From Marsupella aquatica (taxonomy: Eukaryota > Plantae > Marchantiophyta): a stretch of DNA of 64,000 nucleotides. The notes beneath the pieces were generated by a model that saw only the letters and a program-made list of their open reading frames with translations, searched no databases and was not told the DNA's origin. The DNA is taken from contig OZ316892.1 in the NCBI GenBank assembly GCA_973895155.1, positions 26,683,233 through 26,747,232 of the forward strand, given 5' to 3'. The translations under genes and the position numbers were made by a program. Shown here piece by piece: positions 1 to 12,970 of this stretch. Position 1 is the stretch's first letter. Every line of letters starts with the position of its first letter.

Positions 1-585
1 TCAGATTGAATGTATAATTTAAACCTACCAACGTCCCCTCCATTAGCGTCCGCTTCCTGAACGGATCCACGAACTGATCAAACCTGTAGAGTAAACTAAA
101 CCTTCAATACCTTCAACGACTCAATGAATAGCACTTGATCCGATTGATTCGGCTCAACTAGAGGTCCACCCATATCGTATGAAGAGTGAGGAAATGCACC
201 GCACAGATACGTACATCCAGCCATCTAGTCAGGTCTCTGTCCATGGAGGACGTTGCGCTGCCTGCCGCAATGTATACCAAAATTACTCATCGATTCGATT
301 TAAGAGAGAAGAGAACCGATTCACTTCACGCAAATCGAGCTTGCATATCGTATTCATAATGCACCCTGTAGCAGAAGTACATACTAGCTATGTCATTAAG
401 CCGCCAAAGGAGGATGACGGTTGTGCTGCTGCAATGGATAGAAAAGTTGCAGATAAATAAGGAAACGTCACGCCGGAAACCTCTAGTTCAGCTGATCACG
501 GATCAAGACTGTACTCCTGGATATCTCTTTCTCACTGGTAGTACTGCTGTATGTAGCAGGGACCTCACTGGTAGTCCTGCTGTTG

Positions 586-654
586 ATGCAGCTAGCAGCG
601 CTACCGGTCAAAAAGAGACATCGGGGAGCGTTTGATCCATGGTCACCACCCTGA
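586..654 (+). pseudogene. 22-aa LPVKKR micro-ORF (MQLAALPVKKRHRGAFDPWSPP*), truncated family member or micropeptide
   Basis: Translated by hand. Same frame and motif as 33516..33740 and the N-terminus of 23754..25391. The TGA stands where unit E has TCA. Confidence 0.45.
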
Positions 655-1712
655 ACAGCTCAGTAGCTGTCCGATACCATGGACTTCCTTGAACTTACGC
701 GAGGTGCAACGTATGATGCCAATCAAGCATTTGTAGCACATAAGTTTGGTGTCACACCATGGAGTTCCATGAAGACGCAAGTGATGATGGCAATCAAGCA
801 TTTGTAGCACGTAAGCTTAAGGGTTTGCACTTAAATTACCAAAGGTGCAAAAAAAGTGCAAACTTCGTGTAAACAAAAGGTAGGAAACCTTGTACGTATC
901 CAGGGTTTGCAGTTATTAATTTTCCCTTAGAGAGTGCCGACTGTATACTGAACCTGTTGCAGAGACATATATATCACGAGGCAAAATGGACACATTCCCA
1001 TGTTGGTGACACTACCACTTAGGTACAAACTCACGTTCAATTATACTTAGAGAAATTTAACTAAGGAGAAAAATTAATATCTAGTAGAAAAACTAATGAG
1101 CATAAATAATGTTCATTAACTTAGTTCAGATTTTGATTTCTTTTGTTTGACAATACATCTTGTAAATAGAGTACAAGGATTTGAGTCATGCATCAATGTT
1201 ACCCATCTAGAACTCTTTGTCACTACTAAGCACCCCAAAATTGATGCTTGGTAAAATGTGTATGGGAGGTTCTCATGTTTGTATATCAACATAAGAGATT
1301 TGGCAACACCCACTTGTTACAAGGGGAAATGGATTTTTTTGGTCTAAGTAGGATTTAAGGATACCAACATCAACTGGGTAAACAAGCGGTAACATAAATC
1401 TGATTTCCTACTTGGGGTGGTGATAATTTTGCCAAGTGAAACATACTTGAATATAATGCTTTATTTCTATTAGTGAGAGGTTGTATTTCTTGTTTTTCTG
1501 TAAAGTGCTGATTCCTTAGACCACAAGTTCCCTTATAAGAGCTACAGATAACTCTCATTACATTACAGTAATCTATAAAACATTGCAAAAATCACCTGCA
1601 GTACAGGTAACTCTCTCTAAGTGCACTTGGAAGCAGGATCTATATTGTGGCACACTAAACCAGTTTTTGCATCCTTCAGATAATTATGCAAATCCCTTAA
1701 AATTTTAACTTA

Positions 1713-2287
1713 TGTATATATAGCATGCTCATCCTGGAACATGCTTCATTTTTGTTTTTTTTGTGATATACAGGTGTTCTAATTAAAATATAAACAGGAC
1801 ATTAGGAAGACGTAGAGTCTATGATATTGAAATTGGTGCACATAAGGTAGAAAAATAATAATGAACAGGAAATTTTAAGTTTATGGTATTGGGATGTGCA
1901 CATAATGTAGATGAGTACAGAGATACTTATGTACTTAGTTTAGGTAATGACACTCAAAATAATTAAAACCATAAATTTAGGACACAAAACCATGAGTAGC
2001 TAGTACTTAAAGACATACTAGGTGTGCACATTATTTAGATCATTTCTTCTGTACTCAGTAAGGGCTAGAAATTCAACGAGCTTTGTTACAGGGTGGATGA
2101 TCTTAAAATATAGCAAAGATTTAAAAAAATTAGAGGGGTGCCAGAATAAATTGGAAATCTACCCTATACAAGAGATGCACCTTGGTAAGACACATTGAAA
2201 TAAAAATGCATAACAAAAGAAGTTTGAATAAGACAAAATACTGAAAGTTGCATTCACCATAATTATATATAGCAGCTTCAAAAAAAT
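1713..2287. mobile_element. Dispersed AT-rich repeat (probable non-autonomous TE fragment)
   Basis: Absent from duplicate unit C (junction near 29103). An inverted homolog lies at ~52255-52840 (e.g. ccataaatttaggacacaaaaccatgagtag vs ctactcatggttttgtgtcctaaatttatgg), and a short match to its start lies near 21643. Confidence 0.65.
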
Positions 2288-5200
2288 CTATAAGGGGCCC
2301 CTCCATCCTCAGCAGCTCATTACTCATCACAGAGATTGTACATTTGGTGTTCAGTTTCATAAGCACAGTTCCTACTCTAGTAAGAAAAAGAGTGAACTTA
2401 TCAGTAAATGCATCTCACGGGATTGTGTGCTTACTGATAAGTGCAGCAGGGAGTGCAACCCTTTCTTAGTAAGGTACAAAATGCACTTATCAAGCCAAGG
2501 TTTTTCTCTTACAAAGTTGTTATTTATTGTTGCAGAATCTAATGGATGCCTTGCACTAAACCAGTTTTTGCACTAGTAGACGACTTGTGCACTACGAGAT
2601 CTGACTGTACATACATAGATGAAAATAATTTGTAAACTTCTAGTCCCCACTGTCATCTCATGGATCAAAATTTGTCATTGTAAGGTTACTTAACTAGTCT
2701 CTAACAATGTATCCACCACAATTCGTTTCCATGTTTATACTAAGTGCACAAGATTATTTTGACTCGTAATTACGTTAAATAATAGATTCTTATTAATTTT
2801 CTAACACTGAGGGTTCACTCACAAGCACAGTTTCCCTAAACATGTCTATAATATCTCATCCCGCCCTTCCTGAGGGATGTTGACCTGTTTACCAAAGGTA
2901 CTCTGGGTACGTTTTGGGGGGGGGGGAGACAATTAATATGGTTGTTTCACAAAAACACCATTCACTATGTATTCAGCCAACATTAAACATTATTTCCCTG
3001 CGTGCCCTCCCCTTCACCCTCCGCACATAAGCTATTGATCCTGCATGGGCATTTCAATTGGTTTTCAATGTCTTACTGTCTACAAAACTGCAATAGAAAG
3101 CTCTTTTCAGGGCCTAGTGTCTAGATTGAAACCTCTTGATTTATGTTTGAAGGACCAGCAGAAACATCTATATATTCTCAAATAGACTACACTGTTGAGC
3201 TTTGGTAATGTGCATATATATCACTTTTTAGATTCAAAGTCAACAATCAGCAAAGAATGCCTCATTTGAGCATTGTACAGTCAGTGATATGGTCCAGTGC
3301 AAGGCCCACTTCTGCACCTATAGAAGGTTGGCACTAGGTCATCATAAGTGTAAACCCAAGCTTATAGTAAAAACTAAGTACTGGAGATAAATTTTCTTTA
3401 CAAAACTTACCCCTTTCTTGCTGTTCGAGAAACTTTGCAATACTGTATGGTAAGTGCATTTATAGATTCATCAAACTATCTAGAGACGTACATTTGCTTG
3501 GCGCTGGAAACATTTTAATCATTTGCAATACTTTCTTGGTGGGTAGCAAAAGGTCACAAGGTTCTTGTGTGGTGTCGCTGACTCGGTCGATGGCAGGGTA
3601 TTGTCCCATGTATTGTGTACTCTAGACTACCCAAAATGCTGCAGCTGCAAAAAAAACAAAGCAAGAGGATCCTTGCCTGGAGGGAAAAACGTTGGAAGGT
3701 CGGCAGCCAATTCTTGTCGCCAAGCGTCAAGTTTGTTCGTTGGGATGATACAGACACCGTATAATGGATTATACACTTACCCTTCCTAGTGTCTCATCAA
3801 AGTGACTCCGTACCGGGACTCCAACTGGGAGTTGATGATAGTCATATATAGTTCATGCAATAGTCGATGCATTCGAATATACATGACCGAGTAGTCGACT
3901 GAACTACCATGCATTGGAGTCTGTTGGACAGTAATCTATGATCATCTGGTCATATTGATTACCCTACTTGTGGCCACATATGGCTTGATGTGTCTAGTGG
4001 GCTAGAGAGGATCACAGACTGCGTCACATTGAGGACTGAAACACTGGGCATACTGGACCCCATGGTCATCTAACTGACTTGGGTTTATTATTAATTTTGC
4101 TGACTGTCTTTGTCAAATGGTTTAGTGTTTTCCAATATGCGAACTATTTCGAGAAGGGCCTCACAAAATAATTACTAGTTTCAACCAGTGCAAAATGAAA
4201 CTGGTGAATTAATGTAAGTTCTCACAACTCATATTGCCTAGTTCTAGACAACATTGAGCACCCTCCAACCTCCAATATGCCTTGGAACTTGCATGGCCCT
4301 AGCTCACCTTGGCCCTCCAATTAATTAAATGTGCACCCTGCATCCCCTAGAGTTAGCCTCACTTCTCATTGGGCTCCTCATATGTGATAGTGTGAGACAC
4401 AAATCTGACACGGGTGGGCAAGAAGGATCTGGTAGGTTTGGGATGGCTATAAATGTTTGGTCGTTTCCTCACCCCACCCAAACAACCTCAGACTGGGCTG
4501 GAAAGAGGTGTTTGCAAACGAGATCGAGCAAGTCGCTCTCAGCTAGCTTTCCTACACAGGTCGTGCAAATGATATAACTTCTCCTGTCCTGGCCATGCTT
4601 CACAGCAAACTCCTACAATGAGTTTGCAAAGAAGTGAAAATTACCATAATATCCACTCAGTACCCAATCCACGGCTTACCTGTGCCATACGTAGCTAGTC
4701 CATCGGAACATGAAACAAGCGAAGGATACATTTACTTGGGATGCTCAGGGATTTGAGATGAGCAGATCGATTCAAGCAGCACTAGAGAGACGTGAAACGA
4801 AAACTAGTCCAATGTACACTCTTGACAGGAATAGTAAAGTGCAGAAATTCACAGAATGGAATCTGGACTCACCTGTGACTTCACAGTGTCACTGCTCCAC
4901 AGAACACAAGGCCTGCAATTCATTCAATGAACAGGAGGAAATATGAGTGAGACAGTAGCGACTACAGTGTAATGTACATTGGCTCATACCCTATCAGAAT
5001 TCATAGGAAGTACAACATATATAAAAGAGAGAGAATTGCGTCCACGAGATTGTAAAAACTGATAGGACAACAACGGAAAAACGGCAACGGACAACAAATG
5101 TGTCAGTGACTGAGATACACTGACCCCGGAAATACCCTATGCTTAAGTGGGACCGCTCCAGGACCTGTGAAGGCTCAAACTTCGCAGCAAACACTTAAAT

Positions 5201-6549
5201 CTTCAGGAGTATAGGAATCCCCCCCGGCCCCCCTCTAAAAATTAAAGTCAGAGAAACTGTCCCACTCGAGAGATTTACCACTTGAGCAAAGTAAGGATAA
5301 TTAAACATGTGCTTCAGCTGAGATGGTAGAAATCCATAACTATGCCCTATATATAACTTCTGTAAAGTAGATAAAAGAGATTATTGAACAGTAATGATCC
5401 ACACCTGAGCTTGTAAGCAATGCCATCGCAACAAGAAACAGCATGTTTCACCCCTTCACAGATCGAAGCTCAGATTGAAACACAAAGAAATTAAAGAATG
5501 ATTGCATGCGGGTCACATTCCTCAAACAGACGGCTGGCTCTAAATCAAGAAGGGGAAAAGATAATCGCGCATGAGTTGCATATATTGAAATACTAAATGT
5601 AGTACCTATATATGTCCAGTTGACAGTGAGTAACGTACAAGAGTAATAATTGCAATAGGGCACGTAAGACGTGTATAGGAAAAAAGGAAAGTAGAGATCT
5701 GTCAGATCAATTGACCTGAGAAGATTTGTGTGAGACTTAGATTGAAGTCATCTCAGGAGATCTGTAAAAAGCAACGTTAATTTATCATGAGATGTTGAAT
5801 CGAGTTAAGGCCAGCTTAATTATGTACAAGTGCACGCGAGGTGAAATTCATAAAATTATTAAAATGAGTGATCATGAGAAGATACATCCACCCTTAGACA
5901 ACACGTTCCTAAGTCTCATATGTCTCGATTCACCTTCAATAAGTTGAGCATTTGAATGAAACTCACAATAGTACTAAAAAATTGATGTTGCAGGAATGCA
6001 TGCAAAGCAGTTGACTGTACGTGTTCTACAGCTAGTGATATTTCACGGAAACAAGAGAGAAAGTTTGCGTATGTGGAGGTGGTTCGCTGGGGAAAAGGAT
6101 GGAGGTTCATTGGTCTCGGATATAGTTCACTTAATTAGGCATTTCAATTCAAAGAGACCGGGCAAGAGACGGCAGCAGTATTTTAATTTGGAGAGCATTT
6201 TAATTCAAATAGACTTTCAGTCTCTTGATGAAGACTGCATGCACGCATTGTTGTTATATTACAAAATGTATACAGATTGCAGAGAACAAGCACTTTGTTC
6301 GACTCCCTTGTTCAAAACTGAAGGTAGCAATTGGGGACTAGGCCATCGACTCATGGATCAATTGTGAAACAACCGGCATCGCAAGCAATACGCAAGCATC
6401 CATCATTGCCGATCCAGACAATGGCTTCCTAAAGAGTTCATGAAGGTATTGCTACTTTTAATGAGCCTCGACTGGGATTTCTAAACGACAATTTCAGTCA
6501 CGGCTACTGGATAAATCTAGTTCAAAGAACATTCAAATTAACATGAACT

Positions 6550-7975
6550 TCACATGGTTCACAGACGTCACAGCTACAGGTCCAATCAGACTTATTGCAG
6601 ACATCGTACACATAAAAAATGGAATCCAAACATTCACGGTTTTTCCAGGGTTCAGCACCGAGGCGACCGAGAGCGACCGACATTCACTCTTGCAGCAAGG
6701 ATTCCTATCAAGATGAAAGAAATCTTTCGTGGCCTGGCGACAACCTCGGTGAAGACAGCAGAGGAACCAGTTACCTGAAATTAGTCAATACTTGGGATAA
6801 CTCGTCCGTGGGATCAAGTGCAGAAAGGGACAATTATACTCCCCGATACAGGATTCCTAGATCGACAGCAACAAAAGAGGGGACGGGAGAGGCGAAACAT
6901 GTATTCACTTGGATAAAGAGGAGTAGTGATCGAACGAATCGGTTAGTAGATTCGAAAGCGACCGAAACAGCTATCGTTTATCCAAGCAGTAGTTTCACTT
7001 CAAGAAGCCAGGACCTCAATCCTGAAAAGCTTGATGACTATCAAATCGTTTCGGTAAGAGACAGGACTTCCAAAAATATCAAAAGTGCCAGCAAATGCTT
7101 GATGTTGTGATGCTGCTGCTGTAATAGATAGAAAAGCTTTTGGCATCATAGGCTCCGGCTTCAGAGAAGTCTATGGAATACAGCGACTGAGCTACGGAGC
7201 GTTGGACTATCGGTGGGAAAGTGACATCGCGCGAGTAGTACTTGATCCTTGATCCGCTGCACTTGTAGCTTCTGGCGTGACTTTCTATTTTATCTGCAAC
7301 TCTTCAATCTATCACAACACCAGCAGCGCAACATCAAGCGTTTGCAGGACATCGCAGACTGTTCGAGTATCCACCTGAAGCCACATCGAATCCAGTGAAG
7401 TTCTCTGCCCGATTACTTGTGCACGAGTCTCCAGCGATTACTTGTGCACGAGTCCTCAGCGAAGAAAGCTCAGGAAGTAAAGATGCTGAAGAGGAACTTC
7501 TTTCGATCACAACGAGTCCCAGTAGCAGGCGCTCAGCTAGATAACCGATCAACCGAACGCAGCTGGACGAATTAATCCGATATCGCAGCGCGCAACAGCA
7601 GGGTGGGCCAGCATCATTTCGAGCTGGGAGTTCGAGAAAGTCACATCGTCAAACCGATCCAGGAGGTCCTGAAAAATTGTCGTGTAGATGCCAGGATACT
7701 AGCGATGACCATGCATCGTGATGAAAGCACTGTACATTTCAAAGCACAGAAGATGCTGAGCATCGTATGCCAAGAAACAGGAAGAGAACGGCTACTTTGC
7801 GACTCTTTGCAAAAGCAGAAGATGAGTGACTTGGGGTTGCACAGTTCACTTACCGAGAATACTACGGATCAGGCGACCAGAACAACTAGACGATACATAT
7901 AGCAAGATTCTTTGGAGTCCAGCCAAGCCCACGGTGAACGGTTTGGAGCAAGGTTTCGCGGAGTACTAGTACATA
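6550..7975 (+). pseudogene. Highly diverged orphan-family unit F with an internal inversion
   Basis: 7137-7295 is the reverse complement of the family 'gttgcagataaa..gtcacgcc..gcagcggatca' segment. 7330-7975 matches one 207-bp repeat and the family tail (cf. 25540-25775 and 33730-33860). 6780-6830 resembles the upstream module at ~23057. Confidence 0.6.
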
Positions 7976-8249
7976 TGTTAAGTTGCATTCGCGCGGATCT
8001 GGCCCACCTCCCTATCTCCAGGAGGAACCAAACGAACCTAAAATAATGTCTAATTTTGAATCCTTTGTCTTACGACATTCCATTAGACGTGTAGCTATAG
8101 CTCATCAGATTTTGATCCAACAAAACAATAGTAACGGAGATAATGCGCACAGCATATTGAACTCTACATTGGCAGGAACTTGAAAGTCTACACACACCGG
8201 CGTTGGCATTAGGCCTTTAGTTCTTAATTAACTATATGGTGAAGTGTAT

Positions 8250-8749
8250 CTAGAGAAAAATACATGAATGGAGTTGAGTACATCGCGTGTGTTGAGGTTG
8301 GAGATGTCCTCGCCTTCAACGTGCAAGAAGTGACTCGGAAAAGAACCATACTGACACCATTTGCTGACAAATCTATAACGAGATGCTAGGTAGTTTTCAA
8401 TGCAAGTCTGCTCAGGATAGACGCTAATCATCAAAAGCTCCATGTGCAAGAGTATGATTGTGCTAGACATCATTGATCATGTGTCAATACAGGTTTTCGA
8501 TCGAGGTTGCAATTTTCCTTGTTGGATACCTCGAGTTTCAGACTTGCATGCACTTAACGAAAGTGTCGTTGCAGCGAACAGGATCTGGTACCGTACCTGC
8601 ATTGCAAAACCACAAGCACCGCATTCTTCATGAAAGCTGACTGTCTTTCTGATGTCCTCCCGAGTCTCTTCCTGCACGTTGAAGGACAAGTAAATCGTCA
8701 ACTTGAACGCAAGCCATCTACAGAACTCCATTCAGATATCCTTCCCTAG
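8250..8749. repeat. Long imperfect inverted repeat (fold-back)
   Basis: 8313-8338 pairs with 8660-8685 at 24/26. Outer arms 8250-8305 and 8694-8749 pair at roughly 70%. Inner 11-bp arms are 8400-8410 and 8539-8549. Confidence 0.8.
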
Positions 8750-11700
8750 GTTCGATGGTAACAGGCCGGACCTCGAGGGATATGTTCTAAAGCCTTATTC
8801 TCAGTTTCGATTAGTGTTCCGTGACTCACATTGCAAAAATCCCCCGTCCCAAGGTATCTCGTCCACTACTTAATATTACTCTCCAGTGCTGTTTATATAT
8901 GCGCACAGATCTACAGTAATTCCTTTAAGTCTATGACTGAGTTAAATCAAGCAACCGTCCTCTCTGTATTTTGTTTTTGTGAATGGACTTCGCAAAAGAA
9001 AGTTAGTAGCACTTCACCAAGCTGGTTTTGTCTTGGCTGTGGCGTCCAACCAAGCTATTAACTCTCAAACCCATGCTAGCTATTAACTCTCAAACCCATG
9101 CTATAAGTGCAAGCAGAAAAGATTTTGCATGAACCAAAAAAATTATGTGAGCCAAATATTTCCAGCAACCCCACCTTGTACCCTTGTCTCATGGGATGCC
9201 TTGTCCACTAGCACTACTGATATGGATTAGTGCATTAATTCCTATGTATACATGATTGGATTAATTAGTGCATTTATCACTCAGTCTGTATACTTACAAA
9301 AAACTGGTCTTATCAGTATAGTGTATTTAATTACTCTGTAAACATGAAGGCCCTTATCAGTACTGACAGGTCAATAGTACTAACTACGTATACATTTAAT
9401 ATCTAAGTTTGGTTGTACTTATTTGTTGTAACTTGTTGACTCACAAAAACAATTCAATTGAAGTATATAGTTAGGTGGGGAATTAGCTAAAAGGACAACC
9501 CCTAGACAACAGAAAATCTAGCACATTCTTCCCCAAAGTGAGTACTACTTTTTAGGGAGGTGAAATCTAGCAAATTTTGACCACCATATTTTAAAATGCT
9601 CACCCTTGTTACCTTCCCCTCACTCCAAGTCAAGTGTTTACCACAAAATGCTCACTCACAGAACATTCTTGAGATTTGAGTCAGGTCCAAATTTGCTATT
9701 ATTGCGATGGGACAATACATATTAGGGCGTGTCAAAGTTCTTCCCTAACACTTTGGTTACGGCTTAATTTTTGGTGTACATACCACCCTTATGGGGTATG
9801 TATTCTGGTAACCATAACAATTCTGTTATGGCCGTAAGTGCATTGAATGTCCTCATATTTTTTATATTCCAAATGTAATTGCAATTGATCTGTTTGACTT
9901 GTTTGATTGAGCAGCATGCATGGGACTCCTACTGTAGCTGCGTGGGCTTGAACTGCTTAGCGTTGAAGTGTGTGATTGAGTTTAGCAACATAAATAAAGA
10001 ATTCAGTTTTACCTTTTGAGTTCAGATAGATCCCAATAAGATTGATCTTCATTAATTGTATGAAAGGAAGTTTGGTTACACATAATGTTTGTCATCCTGG
10101 ACGATTCTAATGCAATCAATGTTTTCATGGATCCCATGGAAGCCTAATTAGAAATCCTAACCATTGCTTAGAGCATCAGGACTATCCAATCGAGCATCTG
10201 AAGGCAGCTTAGAAATGCTATTTTGATCAGAGCTGCATACTAAGGTCTAGTCATTTCTTGACTCTACTTTTAATACGCAACGTAATTTGTCTAATTACAC
10301 AATAAAGAGTCAGTTTGACGTTGTAAGTTGAGTGAGCTCCAATGGTTCACAAAAAAGTAACCAATAGACTTCCTCTTAAAGAATGAGTGGCTCAGCAATT
10401 TCAGCTAACATATTTTGGGTTTTTGATGCTCCCATAATATTTTATTAAGTGGAAATGATAAAAGAACAGTCAGAAAAGGAGCCCCTGCATGACATGTTGG
10501 TTGTTTGTGAGACACATCATTATAATCTTGTAGCACCAGCTCTCTCTCGAAATGCCTGCTCCTGAGAAGAAGCATCTGGTGCACTCTAAATGGGGGCCGG
10601 TAATGACACTATTTGTTGGATATGTGCAAACCCGTAGAATTGTGCACCTCTTGACAAGAGTGTATGCTTCACAAATGAATGAACAGTAGATCGTGACTTG
10701 CAACTCAAATTGTTCCCTTCGTTAACTTCATGGTCCTACTCCATAAGTGCATATTTCTACTCTACTAGAAAATGCATACACCCATGTAAGTGTCAGCCAA
10801 TTAGAGTTGCTAGATTTCTCATTTGATGACATCATTATTTTTGTTAGGTGTGGGGTTTATGAACTATACAGTTGTGGTATACAAGCTTAAAGAACTATAC
10901 GACAAATACAAATGATTTTGTAACCCATCAGTTACAAAATGTAACCCTTGCTTATTAATAACATAAAGTTTTGAAAATGATACAAGGGGGATTTAAGGTA
11001 GGATCAACTGGAGGCGATGGCGGCAGGGTCAATGCACGAGGAGAATCAGGCGATGGTGGCAGCGAGCATGCACGGAGGAAAGCAGTGGCAGAGAGAGGGA
11101 AGGGGAATAGACACAAAGATCACGAAGGCAACACACAAAAAGAAAGCAGCCAAGGCACAATGAATAGGAGAACTTAACGACAGGTAGTCTCAAGAGGAGA
11201 CATCAGACAGTCCAACAGATAAGTATCCACCCTCAGTATTTCAAGGATGGAAGGACAACAATAGAACAATCAGTTACATCGTCATAGAAGTTCACAATGC
11301 CCTGTCAAACTCGTACAAGATAAAGGAGAGATCATTCAGTCCAGGGTCAGTCTGACCGACATCGCGACATGCAATTCAAAATTGCCAACAGAGGTTGCAG
11401 ATACTTCCACACACTTAAAGTAACGTGCAGTAGGTCTACTCTTTTTCAAATACTCTCAGCAACATTCCATGTTTCCAACAAGCGGATAGGGAACCTTTAT
11501 TCTCCGAGTCAATAGCTAGAATCTCACGACAAGAATGCGGTATGAACGATTGGGATGCCACTGAAAACTCAGGCTGCCAGGGACCTCGCTGCTCTAGATT
11601 CAGTCTTGAGCCTAGCCCTCTAGCAGACTACATGGCGACTGGCTCCAGTCAAGCATCAAAGTAAGGGAAATCAGTCAACTCGGCCGAATGACATCCACAC

Positions 11701-12701
11701 TGGGTCGGGCGAGAAAGAATCCAGAACCCCGTTGATGGACACCCACTGTTCATTATTGTAGAACAGCGGGCCTCGACCTGTTGGAGTTGATGAATCGAGC
11801 GGAGTTCTTTGCAAGCATCATCTCTTCCGGTCATTTCTCACTCTGATAGACAGACTGTAAATCTACTGATACAAAATCGAACACACTGTGAAATCAAATT
11901 GAGCCGCAAATTCATAGAATTCAAAACGTCACTCCAACTTCCAAGAAAATGAAGTCTTGATTTTCTCAGTCTCGCCTTTCAAGATATCCGGTGGTCGTAC
12001 GTTGGGAAACGAGATTTGTCTTAATGTTCCCACAACTCCTCTATTTGCAAAATTTATAAATGGTGTCGTTCTGGCTGTTCAGATCATTAGATGGTCAGAT
12101 GCTGTTTATCTCAGCTTATGTGAACCTCTCAGTCTCATCCTGTCTGTCCCCATCTTGTGATGCTCATCATTGCATTTTCAGTAGTAATCTGATCCAAATC
12201 TCTCTTTCTGGTGCGTGAGCAAGGAAATGCAGTGGCGAGGAAAGGCGGTGGCGAGGAATAGGGTCAGCGAAGGGGATCAAGGAAGTTGGAGCTGCCAAAG
12301 GCGATAAAGTAAGTTGGTCAGCAAGATGGAGAAGGAAAAATAGACCGGAAACGACGAAGTGAGACGGAGGCCAGGCCGAGAGGAGGCAGTAAAGGATTTC
12401 CAATTAGAGACAACAACGATCACGACGATCAAGAAGATAAGTATATGGGTTCAACAACTTAATCAGAATGAATAAGTCAGGACCGGAAGGATTCAAGAAA
12501 TGGGTAGAACATACAACTAAAACAGTTTCCTGACATAGTAAGTGTAAGAGAAATGTTCCCTCAGAGCATGAAGATCAATATGCTCACTCAGAACGTGGAG
12601 CTAGGCACACTGACACACAAAAAAACAGGGCAGTAAGGCACAAAAGTGCATTTAAATACATGAATGGAGTGAGGTCGAGTGAGTGAGCAAAGGAAGACGA
12701 C

Positions 12702-12970
12702 AAATAAACTCTGATCCCGAATATTAAGTAGTTGAGTCAGACTACATGGGCGCAGCCAGCCAGGACAGAAAGAGGAGCAGAGTCAAATGGCAAGTAAACT
12801 CTGATCCCGAATATTAAGTAGTTGAGTCAGACTAAGTGGGCGCAGCCAGCCAGGACAGAAAGAGGAGCAGAGTCAAATGGCAAGTAAACTCTGATCCCGA
12901 ATATTAAGTAGTTGAGTCAGACTAAGTGGGCGCAGCCAGCCAGGACAGAAAGAGGATCAGAGTCAAATGG
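12702..12970 (+). repeat. Three tandem 90-bp monomers in the LINE 5' leader
   Basis: atattaagtagttgagtcagact recurs at 12721, 12811 and 12901, and the units are near-identical. Confidence 0.9.

Larger units (their letters stand above)
1..2837 (+). repeat. Orphan-family unit A plus AT-rich tail; direct segmental duplicate of 27305-29652
   Basis: Colinear match from tcagattgaatgtataatttaaacctaccaacgtcccctccattagcg (pos 1; cf. 27305) to gggttcactcacaagca (~2811; cf. ~29626). ORFs 179..460 and 27505..27783 are near-identical. Truncated by the window start. Confidence 0.9.

Noticed and set aside
179-460. 93-aa ORF (and its 92-aa twin at 27505..27783) as the real family gene
   Set aside because: Shared only by the two recent duplicates, and frame-broken in units B, D and E. 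Similarity reflects DNA duplication.
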